This document shows positions 9,832 through 17,954 of a stretch of DNA of 64,000 nucleotides, piece after piece. The DNA lies in IMG/VR virus record IMGVR_UViG_2687453531_000003, positions 1 through 64,000 of that record; one strand, 5' to 3'. Position numbers and translations under genes: made by a program. Origin of the DNA: a virus (taxonomy: Duplodnaviria > Caudoviricetes). The notes beneath the pieces were generated by a model. The model had not been told where the DNA came from and made no database searches. It saw only the letters and a program-made list of their open reading frames with translations. Each line of letters begins with the position of its first letter. Position 1 is the first letter of the stretch.

Positions 9832-10043
9832 GCTGCTGTCTCCTTGTAACCCATGAATTTCCGGTACTCGGCCTCGGTCGCAACGCTCACGACGCGGTGC
9901 TCGTCGGGCTTGTCCGGCTTGTTGTGCTGCTTGCGCTGGGCCTCGAGGAACTGGCCGCGATCCCAGACGCGGTGGTGGTTGATGACCTCGCGGCGCTTGC
10001 CGGTCGGGTCGGTGAGGCGGACGTACAGGTCTTCGGATTTCAT
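9828..10043 (-). CDS. Hypothetical protein (71 aa)
   Basis: MKSEDLYVRL...; GAGGA RBS, ATGA overlap with next gene. Confidence 0.7.
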   Translation of the reverse strand: MKSEDLYVRLTDPTGKRREVINHHRVWDRGQFLEAQRKQHNKPDKPDEHRVVSVATEAEYRKFMGYKETAA

Positions 10044-10051
10044 GGCGATCC

Positions 10052-10855
10052 TCATTCGTGGTAAGGGCAGGTCCGCCAGCGCGGACAGTACTTCGGGCTG
10101 CAAAGTGGGCTTTGCGGGTTCGGGGGGAAGAGTCCGGAGCGGAACATGTCCGCCGCGTAATCGATCAGGCCGCGGTGCGACTCGCTGCCAGCCATCATCT
10201 GGCACGCGCCGACGATCTCGCCGACGGCCGCCTCGGGCTTGCCCTTGGTCTTCAGGCCGATGATCTCGGCCGGCGCGGTGATCGCATCGCCGGTGGTGTG
10301 CTCGTAGAGCAGTTCGTAGGTGCCGATCTGGGCTTTGTGGCCCTTGGTCTTGGCCACGCCCTGGCTCACCGCGGCGCCGCCGGTCTTCACGTCTGCGATG
10401 CCGACGCCGTGGCTATCGCGCTTGATGCGGGCGCGGTCGAGCTGGCCGGTCAGACGGACGATGATCCCGCCGCCGCAGTCGATCTCCATCGGCTTGGTCG
10501 TCAACTCGACGGCGACGAAGTCGTAGTGCGGGCTGATGTCGTTGCAGTACTTCGTGTGCAGCGTCAGTCCGGTGGACTCGGCTTCGCGCGGGCTGATGTC
10601 GGAGCCGCGCCAGTCGACCTCGAAATCCGGCTGCTGCAGCGTGTGCACCAGCAGTTCCGAGGCGTCGTAGGCGCTGATCGGCTCGCCGTTCACTCGTGCC
10701 GCGTCGAACGCGGCGGTGCTTGCGTGGATCGCGGTACCGAGCAGCGCCCGGGGGGATGATGCGCTGCGCATCTTCAGGAGGTGTACGCCCTCCCACTTGA
10801 ACGCGCAGTCGAACAGCGCACCCCAGGACGAGGCGCGCACGGTGATGGTTTGCAT
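10052..10855 (-). CDS. PD-(D/E)XK exonuclease (RecB/Cas4-like, Fe-S type)
   Basis: GQLD...ADVKT...Q...Y motifs; 1+3 Cys pattern (FDC; CSPKYC..WRTC). Confidence 0.85.
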   Translation of the reverse strand: MQTITVRASSWGALFDCAFKWEGVHLLKMRSASSPRALLGTAIHASTAAFDAARVNGEPISAYDASELLVHTLQQPDFEVDWRGSDISPREAESTGLTLHTKYCNDISPHYDFVAVELTTKPMEIDCGGGIIVRLTGQLDRARIKRDSHGVGIADVKTGGAAVSQGVAKTKGHKAQIGTYELLYEHTTGDAITAPAEIIGLKTKGKPEAAVGEIVGACQMMAGSESHRGLIDYAADMFRSGLFPPNPQSPLCSPKYCPRWRTCPYHE

Positions 10856-10862
10856 GGTTGGC

Positions 10863-11000
10863 TCACTTCCCGGCGATGGGTGCCGTGGCGGGTTGTTCGG
10901 CGGTGATCAGACCGCCCCAGGCTGGGGCGAAGATGAGCAGGATGTAGAAGGCGGTCATGGCCAGGGCGCCGAGGAGGGTGGCTTTACGCTTGGCATTCAC
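10863..11000 (-). CDS. Small membrane peptide (45 aa), not in ORF track
   Basis: GTG start; MNAKRKATLLGALAMTAFYILLIFAPAWGGLIT... one hydrophobic helix; fills operon gap. Confidence 0.65.
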   Translation of the reverse strand: MNAKRKATLLGALAMTAFYILLIFAPAWGGLITAEQPATAPIAGK

Positions 11001-11175
11001 GACGTACCCCCAGGCACTTCCGGCCGCGCTTGATGGTCAGCGCCATGCGGCGCGGCAGGTTCACCACCAGGGTCTCGCGCGGCAGGCCGAGCACAGCGGC
11101 GATATCGGCGCCGGCCGGCATCACCAGGTCGTCGAGCTGGTCGTCGATGATCGAGCGAACGGGGCGGGTGGTCAT
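10984..11175 (-). CDS. Hypothetical protein (63 aa)
   Basis: GAGGAG RBS, ATGA overlap with upstream gene. Confidence 0.6.
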   Translation of the reverse strand: MTTRPVRSIIDDQLDDLVMPAGADIAAVLGLPRETLVVNLPRRMALTIKRGRKCLGVRRECQA

Positions 11176-11393
11176 AGGTCGATGCTCCTCAGTTCCTGCT
11201 GTCTCGCATCCGCTGCGGCGTCGAGCCGGCGGCGCATGTCGTCGTATTGCCGAGTGCCGATGGCGTCGAGGGTGTAGGCCATCTCGATCTGGCCGCGCCA
11301 TACCAACTGGTCGTGGCGCGGGATCACCGACCGACGCATTGCGACGATCGCTTCCTCGATCACGCCCTCGGCGCGCTCATTCGCCCAGGCCAT
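11172..11393 (-). CDS. Hypothetical protein (73 aa)
   Basis: GGAGG RBS, coupled ORF. Confidence 0.7.
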   Translation of the reverse strand: MAWANERAEGVIEEAIVAMRRSVIPRHDQLVWRGQIEMAYTLDAIGTRQYDDMRRRLDAAADARQQELRSIDL

Positions 11394-11532
11394 CGTCGTC
11401 CTCCTGCTCTTCGTCGTCGTGCTCTGGTTCCGGGTCCGGCTGGTCCCAGAGCGGGTCTCTGGCGAAGTCCCAGGCGTGCTGGGCGTTGCTGAAAGCCGCG
11501 CGGTTGCGGCGCTCGCGGTATGTCCACATCAT
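11377..11532 (-). CDS. Small acidic-tailed protein (51 aa)
   Basis: MMWTYRERRNR...EPEHDDEEQEDDDGLGE; coupled to both neighbours. Confidence 0.65.
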   Translation of the reverse strand: MMWTYRERRNRAAFSNAQHAWDFARDPLWDQPDPEPEHDDEEQEDDDGLGE

Positions 11533-12032
11533 CCCCACCTCGCTGAACTGGTGTAGATCGCTTCCAGGTACTGGTCGCAGATGCGTTTGGCCCGCTCGCA
11601 CCGGTCAACGTCGAAGAGTCCGAAGTGGCATTCGGGCGGCGTGATCTGGAGTTCAGTGGCGAGCCAGGCGTAGGCCTGACTGCGCGTCATCAGCTTGTCG
11701 CGCCAGATGCGTTCGAATGGCCGTTTGCAGCGGTTGCGAGCGTCGCGCAGGGGCTTGTCGGCCAGCGTTCCCAACGGGATGTCGGTGTCGGGATGCAGGC
11801 CCACGTAAGCGCCGCAGCCCGTGCCAGTGCAGGCGTAGGCATACGGCCAGTCGCCGTACTCTCGGCCGTAGATCACCCGGTTGCTGACCAGACGGACCAG
11901 GCCGCCGCAGTGCGGGCAGCCGGTGGGGATTGGCTGAGGATGCTTGATGCGCTTGAGCGCGCCGCGGCTTACGTGAGGCAGCGGTGCCGGAGGCACAAGT
12001 TTCTCCGGGCTGTTCGCTCGTGGGTCGATCAT
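11529..12032 (-). CDS. Zinc-finger protein (DUF3268-like)
   Basis: CPHCG...C..CGAYVGLH...PLGTLAD...R..AY.WLA...CHFGLF. Confidence 0.8.
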   Translation of the reverse strand: MIDPRANSPEKLVPPAPLPHVSRGALKRIKHPQPIPTGCPHCGGLVRLVSNRVIYGREYGDWPYAYACTGTGCGAYVGLHPDTDIPLGTLADKPLRDARNRCKRPFERIWRDKLMTRSQAYAWLATELQITPPECHFGLFDVDRCERAKRICDQYLEAIYTSSARWG

Positions 12033-12130
12033 TGCGTGTGCTCCGTGGTTCACCTGCATTCGGCAGCACCCAGGCACACGGCAGTCGTGCCCGGTGGGGC
12101 GCCGTGGTGGGTGCTCTCGAATGGAGGTTG

Positions 12131-12155
12131 AAAAAAGCCCGGCCGGAGCCGGGCG
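12131..12155 (-). terminator. Intrinsic terminator in early-left operon
   Basis: GCCCGGC-TCCG-GCCGGGC then T6 on minus strand. Confidence 0.8.
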
Positions 12156-12529
12156 AAGAGGGGGAACGCTGCATGCGCAGCGGGGAGTGATCGGCGCGTG
12201 GGCGTCCCCTCTGGCTCCGTCCGCGCCACCAGCCGGCGGCGTTGCTCGTTGGCTCGCCTGCTTACGAGGCAGGTGCCTGACTCGGCTGCCGATCACTCTC
12301 CGCTGCGCCCTGGCCGCGCCAGGAGCAGGAAAGAGAAGGGCGCCGCCAAGCGCCCTGTCTCCACTTACATGCACCGCCTTATGTGAAAGCGGTTGGGTAC
12401 AGGCTCGACCGCATGTTGGCGATCTGCCGTTGGGGCTGGGCTACATATCGAGATCCTCCGTTGTGCGCGCCGTTGGACCGGCGGGCGCTCGCCGTGGCGC
12501 ATCGGCCGGCAATGGGCCAGGCGCCGAAG

Positions 12530-12901
12530 TCAGGAGATCGCGGTGCAGGCCCGCAACGCCACCGGCGCCGACTGGCCTTCGATCCAGATAACTGCGGCCC
12601 CGCCGAGCGAAACACTGGCCCGGCCGACGGTGCGGGTGCGCTTCGGTTCGGCCCCTCGGTACGGCCGGTACTCGATCAGCGCGGGCGCCGGGTGCTCTCG
12701 GTTCCAGGCCTCGACCAGCTCCGTCGGCGGCACCGGTCGGACATTGCCGATCTGCTGGTAGATCTCGGAGCGGTGGATGGCGACGTCGTCCGGGGCGGTG
12801 ATGCCGAGGCGCACCTGGTCACCTTGGCTGCCAAGGACCGTGACGGTGATGTTGTCGCCGATATGCAGGGTTTCGCCGGGGCGGCGGGTCAAGATCAGCA
12901 T
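12530..12901 (-). CDS. csrA: CsrA/RsmA homologue with ~65-aa C-terminal extension
   Basis: [47 protein letters not shown]. Confidence 0.92.
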   Translation of the reverse strand: MLILTRRPGETLHIGDNITVTVLGSQGDQVRLGITAPDDVAIHRSEIYQQIGNVRPVPPTELVEAWNREHPAPALIEYRPYRGAEPKRTRTVGRASVSLGGAAVIWIEGQSAPVALRACTAIS

Positions 12902-12936
12902 GGTGTGCCTCCGTTCGGGATGCTGGGCGCGCGGGC

Positions 12937-13149
12937 TCAGGCCGGCTCGCAGTGGGAAAGGGCAACGCAACCGGACACTCCGGCGAGCCAGACGACGGCG
13001 GTGTGTCCGCCGAGCACCTGGGCTTCGGTTGTCGTCCTGGTGCGCTTCGGCGCCGCGCCGCGATGGAATCGGTAGTCGACCTCGGTGCCGACGGGGTATG
13101 CGGAATTCCAGGCAGCAACGGTCGCCGCCGGGTTGGCGTTTCGCTTCAT
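12937..13149 (-). CDS. 70-aa protein paralogous to the CsrA C-terminal extension
   Basis: GGAG RBS; AWN...YR..RGA.PKRTRT...AV.W..G.S..VAL..C shared. Confidence 0.8.
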   Translation of the reverse strand: MKRNANPAATVAAWNSAYPVGTEVDYRFHRGAAPKRTRTTTEAQVLGGHTAVVWLAGVSGCVALSHCEPA

Positions 13150-13240
13150 CGTGTGTCTCCGGGTAGGGGCTGTGATTGAGGTTTTGTTGCGGTAGGCTAG
13201 AGGCAGAATGCCAGCCTACTAGTCGAAGGGATGTGTGCTG

Positions 13241-14197
13241 ATGTCTTTAGAAATCAAATCTCCGGAAGATTTTTTTGATCGGCCTGACTATCGAGAGGTT
13301 TTGGATTTTGGTGAAAAAACCGGCAGAGAGCTTTTAGAGATTCTTGGTGCATACATATTTCCGGATACCAAGTCTGTGAAGTGTGGGATTCGGAACTGCC
13401 GTACTCCGCATCGGCGCGGCTATCTGATTAGCACCACAGATGGTCTGGAAACGAACATAGGAAATGTCTGTGGAAAAAAACACTTAGGAGCAATATTCAC
13501 CGAGAAGACGAGCCAGTATAGAAAGAAGCAGGCCTATCAACGGAATTTAGAACAGTTTCATATTGTTAAATCTCGCGTTCAGGAGTTGTGGGGAGAGCTG
13601 GATGAACTAAAGCTTGCGGCTGAGCGAGTGTCAAAGTTAAAAATAATTCTAAATAAGTGCCATCCTAATGTCGTTCGTGCTCTTATTAATCGCAGTAAGG
13701 TCAATGATGCGGTTCTAGGTGCTAGTATTCCCATGACTCGGGAAGAGGCAGAGCGTCTGTATGTCCATGAGGCGAAGGAAAGCGTAGATGGGAAGGTGCA
13801 GACTTTTGAGGCGTGGCTGGCAAAGGGATGGCCCAAGAAAAAGGTAGTGGCTGGCCAAATCGCTGGTCTAAAGTTCTGGACCAATGATCTCCATAAAGCA
13901 CTCAGACAAGAGATATTATCCCCGGCTGAGGAATTGCGTAATATGGATGTGAATAGCGTTGATCAGTTAAGCCTTAGGAGGCTGGCCGAGTTTTCACGTT
14001 GGTCACAGCAGTTGGATGCAAATATGGAAAGAGCCAGAATCATAATTTCAGATGGTGAGGCGTTTTTTGAATTGCAAAATATTAAAATGCTAAGGCTGTT
14101 GGGGGATGAGCTTGATGAAGCGTCCAGTCTACTGTTAGAGCCAGCTCTGCATGGGTTCAGAACACAGGCAGCGTGGTTCTATGGGGTAGGCGGGTAA
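13241..14197 (+). CDS. Low-GC moron protein with N-terminal Zn-ribbon-like motif and helical C-terminus
   Basis: 318 aa; C-x4-C-x3-H ... GNVCG; antisense to early operon. Confidence 0.85.
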   Translation: MSLEIKSPEDFFDRPDYREVLDFGEKTGRELLEILGAYIFPDTKSVKCGIRNCRTPHRRGYLISTTDGLETNIGNVCGKKHLGAIFTEKTSQYRKKQAYQRNLEQFHIVKSRVQELWGELDELKLAAERVSKLKIILNKCHPNVVRALINRSKVNDAVLGASIPMTREEAERLYVHEAKESVDGKVQTFEAWLAKGWPKKKVVAGQIAGLKFWTNDLHKALRQEILSPAEELRNMDVNSVDQLSLRRLAEFSRWSQQLDANMERARIIISDGEAFFELQNIKMLRLLGDELDEASSLLLEPALHGFRTQAAWFYGVGG

Positions 14198-14255
14198 TTT
14201 GATTTCTTGTTTATTTATATGAGTTTAAATTTTTTAATCCAAATAAATAAAGCTG

Positions 14256-14284
14256 TTGAACGGTTAAACTCTGCTGTCTAGCAT
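14256..14284 (+). promoter_or_regulatory. Sigma70-like promoter for pyocin gene
   Basis: TTGAAC-17 nt-TAGCAT with AT-rich upstream tract. Confidence 0.6.
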
Positions 14285-14312
14285 GAAGTCTCCAAACAAA
14301 AGGAGGCATGAA

Positions 14313-15083
14313 ATGGCAAGCTCTCTTGCTCCACGTCAGGTGATTCGTGATGGACAGTTCATCACCTCACCGAATGGGAAATACAAATTGGTCATGCAAG
14401 CGGATGGCAACTTGGTCCTTTACGAGGATGGAACCAAGCCTATCTGGAATACAACGCCGGTGGGGCCGGGTGCGAAGGCGGTAATGGAGTTTAACCTTAA
14501 CCTTTACAATAAGGCTGGGCAGGTGGCATGGTCTAGTAATGTATACACTGCATATCTGTTTGAAGAGTTCAAGGATGAGGCGTACCTGAATCTTCAAGAT
14601 GATGGGGACTTCGGTATATTTTCTGACGAAGCGAAGTGGGGGTCGATAGTTCTTTCTCGCCCTGAGGTTGGCGTGAAAAACAAGATTATTCCCACAGGTA
14701 CGGTAATGGTTCCTGGTACCGAATACATCAATGGAAACTATCGCCTAGCGTTTCAGGGAGATGGCAACCTAGTGATCTATCAGATCAACCCTCAAGTGGT
14801 TATTTGGGCTACCTACACTATGGGTGCAGATAGAGCAGTAGTGCAAGAGGATGGAAATTTTGTTATCTACAAAGGAACTACCGCTCTTTGGCATACTCAC
14901 ACTGCGACTGGAATGCCTGCGTACCTTAAGTTTACCAACACTGGTAAACTATTTTTGAGTCAGCCGACCCTTCTTTGGACTCTTAAGCGCGGCTCTTTAA
15001 GTAAACCACCGAAGGTGATTCCCGGTCAGCATGGTCCTCTGGACACCACTCCAATCTGGTCTTGGCCCCACGACTATCCATAA
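14313..15083 (+). CDS. pyoL1: Lectin-like bacteriocin (L-type pyocin, LlpA family; matches pyocin L1 as I recall it)
   Basis: 256 aa; tandem MMBL domains with QxDxNxVxY motifs (QADGNLVLY, QGDGNLVIY, QEDGNFVIY); AGGAGG RBS. Confidence 0.92.
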   Translation: MASSLAPRQVIRDGQFITSPNGKYKLVMQADGNLVLYEDGTKPIWNTTPVGPGAKAVMEFNLNLYNKAGQVAWSSNVYTAYLFEEFKDEAYLNLQDDGDFGIFSDEAKWGSIVLSRPEVGVKNKIIPTGTVMVPGTEYINGNYRLAFQGDGNLVIYQINPQVVIWATYTMGADRAVVQEDGNFVIYKGTTALWHTHTATGMPAYLKFTNTGKLFLSQPTLLWTLKRGSLSKPPKVIPGQHGPLDTTPIWSWPHDYP

Positions 15084-15208
15084 TCGGCCGTCTTTCTCGT
15101 AAACCTGCAGGGTGCTTAGTCATCCTGCAGTTCTACCAGTATCGAGCAGATTGCTCCAGGCGAGGTCGCCTCGCGATTCTGGAGTCAGCTTCACAATGGT
15201 ATTACTGA

Positions 15209-15388
15209 CTAGACGGCTCTTACGCGGCCTGCACGTGCCTTGAGTGTCCTGCCCTCGACGACGAGGAGGAGAAATTCTCCACGGCCTCTGCCGTTGCCGA
15301 GGTGGATTGAACCGATTACTACGCCCGGCTTTTCCGGTCCTCTCGGGTTCTTAAGGATCACTGATTGGCCTGGTCGGAATGGGGCCAT
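15209..15388 (-). CDS. First pL gene, small basic SH3/KOW-like protein (59 aa)
   Basis: MAPFRPGQSVILK...; AAGGA RBS. Confidence 0.65.
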   Translation of the reverse strand: MAPFRPGQSVILKNPRGPEKPGVVIGSIHLGNGRGRGEFLLLVVEGRTLKARAGRVRAV

Positions 15389-15790
15389 TTTCGTTTCCTT
15401 GCGTTGCTTTGGGTACATCCAAAGCAGCCCTGTTTCCAAGGCTGCTCAGTGATGTTCCCTACCGCGTTCGCCTACTGGGCTTCTACAACCCGCGGGTGGT
15501 GCTTCTGGTGTATCTGTGAACCGCTCAGCCGGCATGCCGAACGTCGCAGTCTTCTTGCTCGGACGCTGTTACCCGCCACCTGCGCCTGGGCGATGATTTC
15601 TGTCCTCACTGCAAGCGCTTTCGGCGCCTGTTCGCTGTGTTCCCCACCTTTCGGCGGTACCAGGTACAAAGCCACCATCTGAGTGACCCTGGCAGGGAGC
15701 GTGAGCAGTGCAGACCCTCGGCGCGCGATTCCAGATGCGTCGCGTCAGCCTTGAGCCTGGCCGGCAACCAGAGGCCGGCATGGGTTCCCA

Positions 15791-15806
15791 AATTGTCGAA
15801 AGAGCG
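15791..15806 (-). promoter_or_regulatory. boxA-like antitermination site (nutL-like)
   Basis: CGCTCTTTCGACAATT on minus strand ~45 nt after pL -10, followed by GCCGGC-N8-GCCGGC hairpin. Confidence 0.7.
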
Positions 15807-15852
15807 GTCGGCTCGGTGGCCTGGCCAGCGGTGTGTTGCTGGCGTTGGATGA

Positions 15853-15915
15853 ATTATGCATCAGCGCATATGCATGTCAATGCATTGATGCAATTTTTTA
15901 TGCGCACGGATATGC
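15853..15915 (-). promoter_or_regulatory. pL promoter and OL operators
   Basis: TTGACA-16 nt-CATAAT on minus strand; palindrome TATGC-N6-GCATA and related ATGC/GCAT half-sites. Confidence 0.8.
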
Positions 15916-15922
15916 ATGAACG

Positions 15923-15947
15923 AAAAAGCCCGCGCTTAGGCGGGCTT
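15923..15947 (-). terminator. Terminator of cI operon
   Basis: AAGCCCGC/GCGGGCTT stem, T-tract on minus strand. Confidence 0.8.
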
Positions 15948-15965
15948 CAAGAGGGAAGGGAGGGA

Positions 15966-16784
15966 CTAGTGGTGGAGTTGGCGAAGTAGGGCGTCAGGCC
16001 CACCGTGGAAGTCGATGAAGCGGCCGAAGGAGTGGCCATCCTCACCCAAGAAGAATGCGGAACGGTGGATTAGGTTGACCTTGTCGGTATCGCTCAACGG
16101 GCAGGCCATGATCCGTTTTACAAACAAGAGAAATCGCAGGTAATCACCGCCGTTTCTCGGCCAGGGTGTAGCACCTCTGCCCATGCATCGCAGGCGTAAC
16201 TCCTCGAAGTTCGGCATTGTGCGCGGTAGCCACGTACCCTGGCGCCCATCTTTCAGGCCTGGTACGAGCGGAGGGTAAGTGAAGTCCGTTGTGATGCGAC
16301 CATGCTGCTCCAAAACGGAAAGTGGAGTAGCTATGGCAAGCACAGCGAAGAGCTCTTGAGCACGGAGAAAGGATTCGTCGCGGCATTCGCCCTTCGTTTC
16401 GTACGCCGCCAGGTCCTTGAATGGAGAGTAGCTACCGATCACTGCGCGGCCTGGGTAGGAATGATCCATGGCGAGCAGTTGGATTGTTTCAGGGCCATCG
16501 TAGATCAGGCCATCAGCACGGGTGCCCGGCGGCGAGCGGAAGATTGCCCAGTCCAGGAAATCCTGGTCGGGGCCGGCGGTCGCCTCGGCGTCTCGGTCGT
16601 AGATGACCTGATCGCCTTTGGTGAGTGTGGCGATCGCGCCGGCACCGTGCTGCTGGACCGCCACGAGGATGTCGATCTTTTCCTGGTAGAGCAGGCGCTG
16701 GCGGATGACGCTCTCACGCTCGTCGAGGACCTCAACGGCCAGGAGCAGAGCGGTCAGTTGTTCATCATCCATCCGGCCTGCCAC
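15966..16784 (-). CDS. Hypothetical protein co-transcribed with cI (rex position)
   Basis: 272 aa ORF between cI stop and terminator; start codon uncertain. Confidence 0.75.
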   Translation of the reverse strand: MAGRMDDEQLTALLLAVEVLDERESVIRQRLLYQEKIDILVAVQQHGAGAIATLTKGDQVIYDRDAEATAGPDQDFLDWAIFRSPPGTRADGLIYDGPETIQLLAMDHSYPGRAVIGSYSPFKDLAAYETKGECRDESFLRAQELFAVLAIATPLSVLEQHGRITTDFTYPPLVPGLKDGRQGTWLPRTMPNFEELRLRCMGRGATPWPRNGGDYLRFLLFVKRIMACPLSDTDKVNLIHRSAFFLGEDGHSFGRFIDFHGGPDALLRQLHH

Positions 16785-16801
16785 TGGGCGCGCAAGCGCC
16801 T

Positions 16802-17533
16802 TCAGAAGAACATCGCGCCCCAGAACACACGGCCGATGATCTCGATCTCATGAGCGACAATTTCATCCTGTGAGTATTCCTCATCGGGATGTTCGTCGCG
16901 GTTGAAGCTGCGAAGTCGGATGCCTCCGCCCGGCAGCCGGTAAGTCTGTTTGACGCGGAGTAGGCCGCCGTGATTGATCGCGTAGAGGTCTCCATCAACG
17001 ATCCGGGTATTGCCGACATCGACCCCGACAGTTGCGCCGTTACGGAGTACCGGCTCCATGCTGTTGCCCGTAATAGTCACGCATCGTGCATTGGCAGGGT
17101 CTACCCCCTGCTTCTTCAGACTGTACTTCCCGAAGCGCAGGCTACGCCTCGAATTCACCTCGACCGACATCTTGCCACTTCCTGCGGCCAACTCTACCTC
17201 CTTAAGGAATGGGACTAGCACCTCATCAGAAGGGAGAGGCGTGCTGTCGTCCCAGACCTCAATCGGACCGTCCATCGTCGCCTCAGGCTCTCGAACGACT
17301 GCGGGGATAGGCGCAGTGCCAATTGACACCCTGCCGCGCAATTGGTCTGTGCTCAAACCGAAGTATTCGGCGATTGGGTAGACCTGTTCATCCTTGGGCG
17401 TGGCGATCTTGCCGTTAAGGATTCGGGAAATGGTGGATTGCCCGACGCCAGTGCGGCGACTGAGCTCCGTCGGGGATATTCCATGCTCCGCCAGAAGGGC
17501 GGCCAGGATGTGCTGGATCGTACTTTTTTGCAT
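16802..17533 (-). CDS. cI: CI-like repressor (XRE HTH + S24 peptidase)
   Basis: ELSRRTGVGQSTISRI HTH; AAG cleavage site; GNSMEP and VK catalytic motifs. Confidence 0.95.
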   Translation of the reverse strand: MQKSTIQHILAALLAEHGISPTELSRRTGVGQSTISRILNGKIATPKDEQVYPIAEYFGLSTDQLRGRVSIGTAPIPAVVREPEATMDGPIEVWDDSTPLPSDEVLVPFLKEVELAAGSGKMSVEVNSRRSLRFGKYSLKKQGVDPANARCVTITGNSMEPVLRNGATVGVDVGNTRIVDGDLYAINHGGLLRVKQTYRLPGGGIRLRSFNRDEHPDEEYSQDEIVAHEIEIIGRVFWGAMFF

Positions 17534-17620
17534 GGATGCAATGCTGCCAATGCCTTGTGCATAGGGGAAGAGTCCATTTATGCGTTGACAGTTATGCGGC
17601 AATGCATAGACTGTGCATAT
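17528..17620 (+). promoter_or_regulatory. OR operators and pR promoter
   Basis: TTGCATGGATGCAA, ATGCCTTGTGCAT, TATGCGGCAATGCATA palindromes matching OL; TTGACA(17585)-16 nt-TAGACT. Confidence 0.8.
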
Positions 17621-17638
17621 CTCCAGAGGAGCATGCAC

Positions 17639-17860
17639 ATGACTACCCCCACCCTGGCCACGAAGGTCAAAGACCTCCTGGCCGCCCGCAAGACCTACCG
17701 CGCCATCGCGGAGCGAGCTGGCTGCGATCCCTCCACGATCTTTCGCATCAGTAAGGGCGCCATCGAGAACCCCAGCTACTCCGTGGGTTCCGCAATTGAC
17801 CTCATGCATGCCGAGTTGACGCCTGAGCAGCAGCTCGCGCACCTCCAAGAGGCCGGCTGA
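17639..17860 (+). CDS. cro: Cro-like repressor
   Basis: 73 aa HTH (TYRAIAERAGCDPSTIFRI), divergent from cI. Confidence 0.9.
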   Translation: MTTPTLATKVKDLLAARKTYRAIAERAGCDPSTIFRISKGAIENPSYSVGSAIDLMHAELTPEQQLAHLQEAG

Positions 17861-17954
17861 TCGCAAAGAGCGACGGTTTTCGTTGAAGGTCATCCATGAC
17901 GGGGACTTCCTGCTGGTTGATCGGATGCCAATAGCTTCGCCCAGGAGGGCCACC

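Noticed and set aside
10052-10855. Cas4-like nuclease as sign of a CRISPR system
   Set aside because: No array or other cas genes; sits with RecT as a phage recombination exonuclease
12048-12075. GTTCACCTGCATTCGGCAGC resembles the start of a type I-F CRISPR repeat (possible RNA anti-CRISPR)
   Set aside because: Only a 4-bp stem, wrong loop, no CTAAGAAA handle, on the non-transcribed strand, and explained as one arm of a larger stem
15637-15665. GTGTTCCCCAC resembles the 5' end of a type I-E repeat
   Set aside because: No complementary GTGGGG arm or ATGAACCG tail; single short match
17865-17872. Minus-strand CGCTCTTT boxA-like sequence between cro and cII
   Set aside because: Wrong strand for nutR and forms the loop of a small hairpin; may be chance
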